A stretch of DNA of 32,000 bases from Propionibacterium ruminifibrarum (GTDB lineage: Bacteria; Actinomycetota; Actinomycetes; Propionibacteriales; Propionibacteriaceae): contig NZ_OMOH01000003.1 of the NCBI RefSeq assembly GCF_900289195.1, positions 296,697 through 328,696 on the forward strand, given 5' to 3'. Below are positions 20,415-28,744 of this stretch, piece after piece. Position numbers and translations under genes: made by a program. Positions within the stretch are counted from its first letter, which is position 1. Each line of letters opens with the position of its first letter. The notes below the pieces were generated by a model that made no database searches, had not been told where the DNA came from, and saw nothing but the letters and a program-made list of their open reading frames with translations.

Positions 20415-21166
20415 GCCCTGCCCAGTCCGAGACCGCCGACGAGACCTGGGGGCAGCGGTTCAGCCGCTATCGGGCCGAGCTCGACGCGGCCCAGAAACCC
20501 GGCAATGGCGTTCCCGCCTACACGCGCTGGGTCAACCGCCGCGGCGCCCGGGTCGTGGCGGCCTTCGCCGCCGCCACCGGATGGACGCCGAACAATGTCA
20601 GCGCGATGTCGTTCCTGCTGTCCGCCCTCGGCATGGTCGTCCTCATCGCCTGCCGGCCCGCGGTGTGGGTCGGTGTCGTGGCCGCCGTGTTCCTCGCCCT
20701 CGGCTACCTGTTCGACTCCGCCGACGGCCAGGTCTCGCGGGTCACGCACGCCTCCAGCAAGACGGGGGAGTGGATCGATCACGTCGCCGACGCCTTCCGG
20801 TCACCGGCGATCCACCTGTGCCTGGCCGTCACCACGGTCATCCACACCGACCGCCTCTGGTTCGCGCTCGTGGCCGTCGGCTACGCGTGGGTCACATCCG
20901 GCCAGTTCCTCTCCCAGATCCTCGCCGAGCAGTTCGTGCGGGCCGCCGGTCGCAAGCAGACCCGGGGCGGCACCCTGCGTTCCTTCGTCCTGCTGCCGAC
21001 CGACCCCGGCACCCTGTGCTGGTCGTTCGTCCTGTACGGCCTCGGAGCACCCTTCATCGTGGTCTACACGCTGCTCGCCGTCATCGCCGTCTGCCACTCG
21101 CTGCTGTCGCTGAGCCGCCGCTACCGCGACCTGCGGGCCCTCGACGCGGCCGCCCAGGGGGGCTGA
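20411..21166 (+). CDS. CDP-alcohol phosphatidyltransferase-family integral membrane transferase
   Basis: DSADGQVSRVTHASSKTGEWIDHVADA fits the DG(x2)AR(x8)G(x3)D(x3)D family motif, with S in place of A. The protein is multi-TM. The GTG at 20411 overlaps the upstream stop (GTGA). Confidence 0.8.
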   Translation: MSPAQSETADETWGQRFSRYRAELDAAQKPGNGVPAYTRWVNRRGARVVAAFAAATGWTPNNVSAMSFLLSALGMVVLIACRPAVWVGVVAAVFLALGYLFDSADGQVSRVTHASSKTGEWIDHVADAFRSPAIHLCLAVTTVIHTDRLWFALVAVGYAWVTSGQFLSQILAEQFVRAAGRKQTRGGTLRSFVLLPTDPGTLCWSFVLYGLGAPFIVVYTLLAVIAVCHSLLSLSRRYRDLRALDAAAQGG

Positions 21167-21167
21167 C

Positions 21168-22118
21168 GTGCCGCGCCTGTCCGTTCTCCTGCCGGCGCGC
21201 AATGCCGAGCGGACCGTCGCCGGGGCGGTGCGCTCGACGCTGTCCGCCATGCCCGCCGACGCAGAGCTCCTCGTCGGCGACGACGGTTCCACCGACCGCA
21301 CCGCCGAGCAGGTCCTGGCCGCAGCGACCCGCAGGGGCGTCACCGACCCCAGGCTGCGCATGGTCGAGGTCGCTCCCGGCCCGGGCGGCATCACGCGCGT
21401 CCTCACCCGGCTGCTCGACGTCTCGGACTCGGCGCTGGTCGGGCGCATGGATGCCGACGACATCTGCCTGCCCGGCCGGTTCCGTGCCGCGCTGCGATCC
21501 ATCGGCCGCGGCGACGACATGGTCTTCCAGCAGCAGATCGAACTCCGCGAACCGGCGGACGGCGGAACGCGGCGCCGGATCGTGCCCCGCGCGCCCTACC
21601 CGATCAGCCCCGACGAGTTCGGTCTTCACCTGCTGTTGACCAACCCGGTCTGCCACCCCACGATGGTGGCGACCCGGGAACTTCTCGACCGGGTGGGCGG
21701 GTACCGTGACGTGCCCGCCGAGGACTACGACCTGTGGCTGAGGTCGGCCGCCGCCGGCGGGCGCCTGCGCCGTCTCGGCCGCTGGGGCCTGATCTACCGC
21801 GTCCACCCGGCGCAGATCACCGCCTCCCGGAGCTGGCGGGACGCCTCGTGGGCCGATGAGCGCCAGGCGCAGGCCTTCGCCGACCTGTCCGAGCGGCTCA
21901 CCGGCGCCCGCCTGCGCCGGATCGTCTCGATGAGTGCCCTGCCCCCCGCCGAGCGCGAGGCGGAGATGGCCCTCTTCGCGGCGGCGGTCCGACCGGCCAT
22001 CGACGCCCTCGGCCCCCGGCGGGCCGCCCCCCTCAACAGACGCCTCGAGGCCCGCCAGTCCTGGTTGCGCAACCAGAAGAGTCCTTCCGAGCAGAATCTC
22101 CAAGGAGAGACCGAATGA
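21168..22118 (+). CDS. Family 2 glycosyltransferase
   Basis: LSVLLPARNAERTV…LLVGDDGSTDRT…MDADD is a typical GT2 (GT-A) N-terminal fold with a DxD motif. Confidence 0.85.
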   Translation: MPRLSVLLPARNAERTVAGAVRSTLSAMPADAELLVGDDGSTDRTAEQVLAAATRRGVTDPRLRMVEVAPGPGGITRVLTRLLDVSDSALVGRMDADDICLPGRFRAALRSIGRGDDMVFQQQIELREPADGGTRRRIVPRAPYPISPDEFGLHLLLTNPVCHPTMVATRELLDRVGGYRDVPAEDYDLWLRSAAAGGRLRRLGRWGLIYRVHPAQITASRSWRDASWADERQAQAFADLSERLTGARLRRIVSMSALPPAEREAEMALFAAAVRPAIDALGPRRAAPLNRRLEARQSWLRNQKSPSEQNLQGETE

Positions 22119-23821
22119 GTACCCTCACCCCGCCTCCCACCGGCGGCCCCCAGATCCTGTGGCACGAACTCCAGCGCCGCTGGAGGGAGATCCTCGCGGG
22201 CGTTCTCATCGGCGGCCTGCTCGCGGGGCTGTCCCTCATCATCGGGCCGAGCTCGCACACGGCGACGGCGACCGTCGCGATCACGAACCCCTCGTCGAGC
22301 CCCGAGCCCGCCGCCCGTTCCTCGCTGTCCAGCACCGACATGGTGACCGAGAAGGGGATCGCCACGTCGGCGACCACGCTGCGCCAGGCCCTCAACTCCC
22401 TGGACGAGAAGGACCTGACCCTCGCCGACCTCGAATCAGGCCTCGAGGTCGAGGGGGACACCAATGGCACCATCGTGACGGTCGCCTGGTCGGGTGGTGA
22501 TCGTGATCAGGCCGTCGCAGTGACCAATGCGATCACCGCCGCCTACATCGAGCAGCGCACGGGCCTCACCGAGCAGCGCGCGGACGAGATGCTGGCGACC
22601 GTCACCGAGAAGATCAATGCCCTGAACGAGGAGGCCGCCGGTCTCGACACCGGGACGCCTGCGGGGCAGGTCCGCTCCGCCGCGATCCAGTCCGAACTGT
22701 CCGGCCTGCTCACCGAGCAGGACCAGCTCGCCTCCTACCACGTCACGGCCGCGCGGGTGCTCACCGACGCCGGCGACTCCCCGGACGTCACCGATCCACC
22801 GAGGATGAGGACCCTCGTCGCCGGCCTGCTGATCGGCCTCGTCCTCGGCCTGGCCATCGGTTTCGTTCGTGAGCGCCGCGAGAAGCACGTGCTGGCCGCC
22901 CGCCAGCTCTCCGACCTGACCGGCCTGCCCGTCTGGGGCGCCCAGGATGGTGCCGGCCCCGGCGCACAGTGGGACGCCCCGGCCCAGTTGGCCGCCCTGG
23001 CCGTCGGCAAGGGCTCAGAACTCATCTTGTTGGCCGACGGGTCGGACCGGCGCGCCCTGGCCTTCGGCCAGGCCCTCGGCCGCGCTCGCAGGGCCCAGTC
23101 CGCACCCGCCCCCGTCCTCGTCGACAACCGCATGCCCCTTGCCGAGATCGTCGAGCGGCTCGGCGATGAGGGCCGGATCCTCATCGGCACAGCCACCGGC
23201 GCCTCCCTGAGTGAGCTGCACGAACTACTCGACCAGCTCACCATTGCCGACCGCGACGTCGTGGGTCTCGTCATGCTCGACGGCGATGCCCCCGCGGCGG
23301 GCACGCGGATCACCAACGGGCAGCAGCCTCAAACCCCCACCGAGCCTCGGAATCCCTCGTCCCAGGGCGCCGCCGAGTCCTGGCGTGCGGCGTTCCAGAG
23401 GCCCGCCGCAGAACCCCCGCTGACTCCGCAAGTCCCCGAGCCCCAGCCCGTCATGTCCCCGCCCACCGGGCCTGCGAGCGCCACGACCGCCGGGGATGCG
23501 CCTTTCTCCCCGCAGGTCGCGGCCGAAGCCCCGCACCCGGCTCCCCCCTCGGAAGTCCCCATGTCGAGGACCGCCGTGACCGAGGCCGGTGGCGCGGAGC
23601 AGCCCACTGCGCTGCGGGGACCAGACGCCTCGCCGGATGCCGGCACCCCCGCGGAGCCCGTGTCCGCCGGCGGGGCGGAGCCCGCCGCCGAACCGGCGGA
23701 GAGCACCGCCCGACAGGAGGACGACAGGCCCGTGCCGCCGCGCAACAGGGCCCGATCCGCGGCCGACTACCGGAGAATGATCCGTCGTCAGAACCGCGGG
23801 AGGAAACATGGCGGCCGCTGA
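22115..23821 (+). CDS. Wzz/PCP-like chain-length determinant with a degenerate BY-kinase-like domain and a Pro-rich disordered tail
   Basis: Two TM helices (ILAGVLIGGLLAGLSLIIGP and LVAGLLIGLVLGLAIGFV) flank a ~190-aa coiled extracytoplasmic segment. The cytoplasmic part has only remnants of a P-loop (LAVGKGSELILLADGSD). A ~170-aa P/A/E-rich tail ends in a basic patch. The ATG at 22115 overlaps the upstream stop (ATGA). Confidence 0.65.
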   Translation: MSTLTPPPTGGPQILWHELQRRWREILAGVLIGGLLAGLSLIIGPSSHTATATVAITNPSSSPEPAARSSLSSTDMVTEKGIATSATTLRQALNSLDEKDLTLADLESGLEVEGDTNGTIVTVAWSGGDRDQAVAVTNAITAAYIEQRTGLTEQRADEMLATVTEKINALNEEAAGLDTGTPAGQVRSAAIQSELSGLLTEQDQLASYHVTAARVLTDAGDSPDVTDPPRMRTLVAGLLIGLVLGLAIGFVRERREKHVLAARQLSDLTGLPVWGAQDGAGPGAQWDAPAQLAALAVGKGSELILLADGSDRRALAFGQALGRARRAQSAPAPVLVDNRMPLAEIVERLGDEGRILIGTATGASLSELHELLDQLTIADRDVVGLVMLDGDAPAAGTRITNGQQPQTPTEPRNPSSQGAAESWRAAFQRPAAEPPLTPQVPEPQPVMSPPTGPASATTAGDAPFSPQVAAEAPHPAPPSEVPMSRTAVTEAGGAEQPTALRGPDASPDAGTPAEPVSAGGAEPAAEPAESTARQEDDRPVPPRNRARSAADYRRMIRRQNRGRKHGGR

Positions 23822-25049
23822 CGCACTGCCGGGGGAGATCGACGAGGCCGGTTCGCGCATCGTCCAGTGGGACCGCTCCACCGGCCGGCTGAGGGTCGTC
23901 AGCGACTTCGGTCAGGCCACCACCCTCGTCCTCGTGCGCGACGGCGCCCGCACCGTCGGCGCCGTGACCATCGCCACCGGCCAGGACATCGCCACGGCCC
24001 CCGAGGTGCGGGCGCTGCCCCCAGCGGCCGACAGGGCCTGGAAGGAGGGTGCCGGTGCGGGACTGTCGGCCTCGGTGGTGTTGTGCACGACAGGTGACTG
24101 CGACCTGCTGCACCCGGCCGTCGAGGCCCTCCTGGCCCAGACGCATCCCGACTTCGAACTCGTCGTCGTTGACAACGCCCCGGCCTCGGGCAGGGTCCGC
24201 CGCGTGCTCGGCGATGTCGAGGACGCCAGGATGCGGATCATCGAGCAGCCCGCCCGGGGCCTCTCCCACGCCCGTAACGCCGGTGCGGCGGCGGCGAGCC
24301 GACCCTTCATCGCCTTCACCGATGACGACGCCATCGTCGACCCCGGTTGGCTCGTCGCCCTGCTCGACCCCTTCGCAGCCGACCCCGATCGCGTCATCGG
24401 CGCGACGACCGGGATGGTGCTGCCCGCCGAGCTGCGCTACCGGGCCCAGCGCTGGTTCGAGTCACGTGGCGGCTTTCCCAAGGACGACGTACCGCGCGTA
24501 TGGATGGCGTGCCGACCGGCCCCGCGCCCGGTACGCGACTTCGGCGCGCCCGGTGAGGGCGGCCCGCTGTACCCGGTGACGACCGCGCGCGTCGGCGCCG
24601 GCGTCTGCATGGCCTACCGGGCCGAGGCGCTGGCCGGCGCCGGCAGTTTCGATGTCGCACTCGGCGCGGGCACCCCGACCCGCGGGGGAGAGGACCTCGA
24701 CATGTTCGCGCGCGTGTTGCGCGCCGGATGGGCCATCGTCCACACCCCCGACGCGGTGCTGCACCACCGGCACCGCCGGGACGAGGCAGGCCTGGACACC
24801 CAGGTCCGCGGCAACGGCTCCGGCACGGCGGCGCTGCTCACCAAGTCGGTGCTCGAGCACCCGAGCACGCTGCTCACCCTGGCAGGGCGCCTGCCCGCTG
24901 TGGCGGCCCGGGTCAGGCCCGGGTCCGACCGGGTCGCCGGGACCGACGACGACACGCCCGGCTCTCTCACCAGGTCGGAGATCAAGGGTTTCCTCGAGGG
25001 GCCGGTGCTCTATGCCCGATCGGCGTGGTCCGCGAGGCGGGCGCGGTGA
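23808..25049 (+). CDS. Family 2 glycosyltransferase with a ~95-aa N-terminal extension
   Basis: LSASVVLCTTGDCDLL…ELVVVDNAP…AFTDDDAIVDPGW…GGEDLDMF are typical GT2 motifs. It overlaps the previous gene by 14 nt. Confidence 0.85.
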   Translation: MAAADALPGEIDEAGSRIVQWDRSTGRLRVVSDFGQATTLVLVRDGARTVGAVTIATGQDIATAPEVRALPPAADRAWKEGAGAGLSASVVLCTTGDCDLLHPAVEALLAQTHPDFELVVVDNAPASGRVRRVLGDVEDARMRIIEQPARGLSHARNAGAAAASRPFIAFTDDDAIVDPGWLVALLDPFAADPDRVIGATTGMVLPAELRYRAQRWFESRGGFPKDDVPRVWMACRPAPRPVRDFGAPGEGGPLYPVTTARVGAGVCMAYRAEALAGAGSFDVALGAGTPTRGGEDLDMFARVLRAGWAIVHTPDAVLHHRHRRDEAGLDTQVRGNGSGTAALLTKSVLEHPSTLLTLAGRLPAVAARVRPGSDRVAGTDDDTPGSLTRSEIKGFLEGPVLYARSAWSARRAR

Positions 25050-26488
25050 GGGCTCGACGAGCACTCGCGAGCGGCCGCTGGGACCGTTCACCCGGCCGCG
25101 GGCGGTGGCAGCGTACGACGGCCCGGGGGCTGTGGCGCCGCCCAGCGGTCGGCCGGGCCGGCAGGCCGGTGGAACTCGAGGCGCAGTCCCTGCCGGCCTG
25201 GCCGTTCGTCGCGGCCTTCGGCAGCTACATCATCTGGTGGTTCGTCGGCATCGGGGACATGATCTGGCCGATCATGGCCGCCGTCATGCTCGTGCTCATG
25301 GTGCGGCGGCGTGGCCTGCGGTTCCCCCGCGGCTGGGCCATCTGGGCCTTCTTCCTGCTCTGGGCGACGATCTCGATCGTCGAGTGTGACACCGCCGGAC
25401 GTGCGCTGGGTGCGCTCTACCGTCTGGCGATGCTGTTCGCCGCCACCGTCTTCGCCTTCTATGTCTACAACGCCCGCAGCACCATCACGCTGCGCACCGT
25501 CGGCTCGGCGATGAGCCTGTTCCTGTTGTCCGCCGTACTCGGCGGGCTCCTCGCGATGATCGCTCCCGAACTCCAGATCAGCACACCGTTGTCTCATGTC
25601 CTGCCCGGCGCGCTCACGTCGAACAGTTTCGTCCACGAACTCGTCTACCGCTCCACCACCCAGTGGATCGAGAACTCGTGGGTGCAGACCGATCCGCGCC
25701 CGAGCGCCCCATTCGTCTACGCGAACACGTGGGGCAACGTCTTCTCGCTCGTCTTCCCGATCGTCCTGGTCCATACCGTGCAACTGTGGCGCGAGTACTC
25801 GCCGCGTCGCTGGCCGGTGACGATCCTCGCCGTCGGCTCGCTCATCCCGGCGGCCGCCACGCAGAACCGTGGCATGCTCGTCGGCCTGGCGGTCATCGCC
25901 CTGTGGGTGGGCGTCCAGCAGGCCAGGACCGGCCGTACCCGCCAGGTGCTCGCCGGGTTCGTCGTCGCCATGACCGCAGTGCTGGTCTGGGTCGTCTCAC
26001 CGATGGGCCGGTCGTTGTTCAGCCGGGTCCAGACGAGCACATCGACCGAGGACCGGCTCATCAATTACCTGGAGACGGTCAACACACTCCGCGAGTCGCC
26101 CCTGCTGGGCTTCGGCGCCCCGCGCCCGTCCACCGCGTCGTGGTTGCCCTCGCTCGGCACCCAGGGCCAGTTCTGGACGGTCCTGTTCTCGCACGGGGTC
26201 GTCGGCGCGATCCTGTTCATGGCCACCTTCGTCGCCGCCGCCGTGTACGCCTGGCGCTCCACGGACACCTACGGCGCGGTCCTCGGCGGCATCGCAGTGG
26301 CCACGTTCGTGGAGTCGTTCTACTACGGGATGACGACGGGCCTGATGGTCTCGCTCGTCGCCGTCGCCCTCCTGGTGCGTCAGCGTGAGACCGGCGAGAC
26401 CACTGGCCCGCTGCGAGGGCAGGTCAGCACGTCGGATCGTCGGGGAAGGTCTCGCTGGCGAGTTTCCAGGAGCCATCGGGATTCGTGA
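25046..26488 (+). CDS. O-antigen polymerase/ligase (Wzy_C)-like polytopic membrane protein
   Basis: I chose the GTG at 25046 because it gives a GTGA overlap with the GT2 stop and is in frame with track ORF 24728..26488. The protein has about 10-12 TM helices and a large loop (…SLIPAAATQNRGMLVGLAVIALWV…), as in O-antigen ligase family proteins. The start is uncertain; another GTG near 25169 is possible. Confidence 0.7.
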   Translation: MRARRALASGRWDRSPGRGRWQRTTARGLWRRPAVGRAGRPVELEAQSLPAWPFVAAFGSYIIWWFVGIGDMIWPIMAAVMLVLMVRRRGLRFPRGWAIWAFFLLWATISIVECDTAGRALGALYRLAMLFAATVFAFYVYNARSTITLRTVGSAMSLFLLSAVLGGLLAMIAPELQISTPLSHVLPGALTSNSFVHELVYRSTTQWIENSWVQTDPRPSAPFVYANTWGNVFSLVFPIVLVHTVQLWREYSPRRWPVTILAVGSLIPAAATQNRGMLVGLAVIALWVGVQQARTGRTRQVLAGFVVAMTAVLVWVVSPMGRSLFSRVQTSTSTEDRLINYLETVNTLRESPLLGFGAPRPSTASWLPSLGTQGQFWTVLFSHGVVGAILFMATFVAAAVYAWRSTDTYGAVLGGIAVATFVESFYYGMTTGLMVSLVAVALLVRQRETGETTGPLRGQVSTSDRRGRSRWRVSRSHRDS

Positions 26489-27026
26489 GCGTGAAGATGG
26501 TCAGCGAGCGCTTCGGCTGCGAGGCGCGCAGATCGGTGCCCTGGTCGTTGAGCACCTGCACCGCCGAGGAGTCGACGCAGGCCTCGACCTCAAGGCTCGT
26601 CCCGTCCTCGGAGGTGTTCGTGATCCGGGCGTTCTCGATCGTCGGGGCGCCTTCCTGGTGCACGCCGGTGTTCATGAACTCCTCGGACTGCGCCAGGTAC
26701 TCGTCGAGCGCGCTGCCGGTGAGTACATCGGACAGGTCGACGGGGTTGCCCGGGTCCGACAGGGCCGTGGCCGTGCGGGTCAGGGCCTCAAGCGTCGTGT
26801 CCGCGGCCTCTCCGTCGGTCAGGGGAGTGGCGGGCGCGGTGCGTCCCGGCGTGGCGTTCTCGGGTGGGGCGACGGTCGACGGGGCGCTGGACGGGGAGCC
26901 CTCCGAGTCCTCCCCGGGCGTCGCCCGCAGGAAGCGGACCGCCGTGACGATGAGGACGAGCAGGAGCACTGCGCAGATCACTGCGACGACCAGCCGCCTG
27001 CGTGAATGAACCGTCGTGAAGGCCAT
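26424..27026 (-). CDS. Single-pass membrane-anchored extracytoplasmic protein, unknown function
   Basis: MAFTTVHSRRRLVVAVICAVLLLVLIVTAV forms the TM anchor. It is followed by a P/S/T/A-rich linker and a ~120-aa globular domain with two Cys, one of them the C-terminal residue. A GTG at 27035 is an alternative start. The 3' end overlaps the Wzy-like gene by 65 nt. Confidence 0.5.
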   Translation of the reverse strand: MAFTTVHSRRRLVVAVICAVLLLVLIVTAVRFLRATPGEDSEGSPSSAPSTVAPPENATPGRTAPATPLTDGEAADTTLEALTRTATALSDPGNPVDLSDVLTGSALDEYLAQSEEFMNTGVHQEGAPTIENARITNTSEDGTSLEVEACVDSSAVQVLNDQGTDLRASQPKRSLTIFTLTNPDGSWKLASETFPDDPTC

Positions 27027-27095
27027 GGGACACACCAGTCAGTGGGAAACGGGGGGACTAGGGCTCAGATGCTACCCCAGGAGAAGGATTGTTGA

Positions 27096-28604
27096 ATGAG
27101 TGAGCACAAAGAGGATCGCACGGCCCTGGCCCGGGGCGGCATCATCGGTTTCGTCGGCGCAACGCTCAGCGCCGTGCTCGGCTTCCTGCTCTCCGTGCTG
27201 CTGGCCCGCCTGCTCGGTTCGGCCGGGTCGGGCGTCGTCACGCAGGCCACGGGGGTCTTCTCGCTCATCATGGCCATGGCCAAGCTGGGCTTCGACTCGG
27301 CCGCGATCTACCTCATGCCGCGCCTGCGCATCGGCAGTCCCGAGGAGATCCGTTCCTGCCTGACCTACATGGGCACCCTGACGGTCGGCATCTCACTCGG
27401 TGTCGTCCTCGTGCTCGAGATCGTGGCGCCGCGCATCTGGGGGGCCGATGACCCGTCGGTGCTCAACGCCGTCCGGGCGATCATGTGGTTCATCCCCGTC
27501 GGCTCCCTGACGGTCGTCGCGGCCGCGGCCCTGCGGGCCCTCGGCAACATGCGCGAGTACGTCCTGGTTCAGAACATCACCCTGCCCGTCCTGCGCCCGG
27601 TCCTCGTCGCCGTGGCCGTCGCGCTGGGCGGCTCGTTGACCGCCGTGTCGGTCTCCTGGGCGCTGCCGTTCGTCGTCGTCCTGTTGCTCAGCTGGTTCCT
27701 CCTGCTGCGCCACCTGCCCCCCGAAGCCGAGACCGGTCCCCAGCCCCGCTGGCCCGGCGCCCGGCGCCGGCGCGCCATCATGGGTTTCGCCCTGCCCCGC
27801 ACCCTCTCCGCCACCCTCGAGCAGGGGCTGACCTGGCTCGACGTCCTCATCGTCGGCGCGCTCGCCGGCAACGCCGCGGCAGGCATCTACGGCGGGGCCA
27901 GCCGCTACATCCAGGCCGGGCTCATCGTGGACACCGCTCTGCGCATCGTCGTCTCGCCGCAGTTCAGCAGGCTCATGCACACGAACAAGATGGATGAGCT
28001 GCGTGCCCTCTACTCGACGGCGACGATCTGGCTGGTGCTCTTCGCCACCATGATCCACCTGCTCATGGCGATCTTCGCGCCCTGCCTCATGCTGATCCTC
28101 GGCCCGGAGTTCCTGCCGGGCTCGTGGGTGCTGGTCATCCTGTGCTGCGGAGCGATCGTCACCTTCTGCGCCGGCAACATTCACTCGCTGCTCATCATGA
28201 GCGGGCGGAGCGGCTGGGCCGCCTTCAACAAGGCCGTCGTCCTGGTGACGAACATCATCGGCAACCTCGTGCTCATCCCGGTCCTGGGGATCAACGGGGC
28301 GGCGCTCAGCTGGGCGGTGTGCATGGTCGTCGACGCCGCGCTGGCCACGATTCAGGTCGTCCACTTCCTCGACGTGCGGCCGAACGTCGTCGACGTCCTG
28401 CGGCCGCTGGCCGGCGTCGGGGTCAGTGTTGGCATCCCGGCCGGCCTTGTTGCCCTGGTTCTTGGACGAGATTCGTTCCTCGGCATGGGGATCGGGGTCG
28501 TGGCCGCCCTGGTCTGCTTCGCCGTCATGTGCCGACTGCTGCGGGAGCCTTTGCACTTGTCAGGGCTCGGATCAATGCTAAAGTCAAAGACCAGGAACAG
28601 CTGA
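27096..28604 (+). CDS. Wzx-type oligosaccharide flippase (MOP/PST family)
   Basis: The 502-aa protein has ~14 TM helices and the typical PST layout. The ATG is preceded by AGGAGAAGGA. Confidence 0.85.
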   Translation: MSEHKEDRTALARGGIIGFVGATLSAVLGFLLSVLLARLLGSAGSGVVTQATGVFSLIMAMAKLGFDSAAIYLMPRLRIGSPEEIRSCLTYMGTLTVGISLGVVLVLEIVAPRIWGADDPSVLNAVRAIMWFIPVGSLTVVAAAALRALGNMREYVLVQNITLPVLRPVLVAVAVALGGSLTAVSVSWALPFVVVLLLSWFLLLRHLPPEAETGPQPRWPGARRRRAIMGFALPRTLSATLEQGLTWLDVLIVGALAGNAAAGIYGGASRYIQAGLIVDTALRIVVSPQFSRLMHTNKMDELRALYSTATIWLVLFATMIHLLMAIFAPCLMLILGPEFLPGSWVLVILCCGAIVTFCAGNIHSLLIMSGRSGWAAFNKAVVLVTNIIGNLVLIPVLGINGAALSWAVCMVVDAALATIQVVHFLDVRPNVVDVLRPLAGVGVSVGIPAGLVALVLGRDSFLGMGIGVVAALVCFAVMCRLLREPLHLSGLGSMLKSKTRNS

Positions 28605-28653
28605 GGGTAACCCGTAGGGGTGTTTTCATAGGCAATACCCAGCGCGACCCAAT

Positions 28654-28676
28654 GTTCACAACAGTTTTATGTGAAC
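28654..28676. promoter_or_regulatory. Inverted repeat GTTCACA-N9-TGTGAAC in the AT-rich region upstream of the fibrinogen-like protein gene
   Basis: The 7-bp arms are perfect. The repeat lies ~13-35 nt upstream of a -10-like TGgCATGAT (28687-28694) and ~70-90 nt upstream of the ATG at 28745. Confidence 0.35.
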
Positions 28677-28744
28677 CTTCAAACGTGGCATGATGTGCGC
28701 GTAAGCAGTTCTGACACTGAGCCGTCTGCACCCCCGAGGAAGAA

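Noticed and set aside
19754-28744. Glycopolymer locus as a recently acquired genomic island, bounded by AT-rich regions at about 19790-19915 and about 28605-28720
   Set aside because: The coding GC content and third-position GC bias look the same as in the housekeeping genes. There are no integrase, tRNA or direct-repeat boundaries. The AT-rich stretches are ordinary promoter regions.
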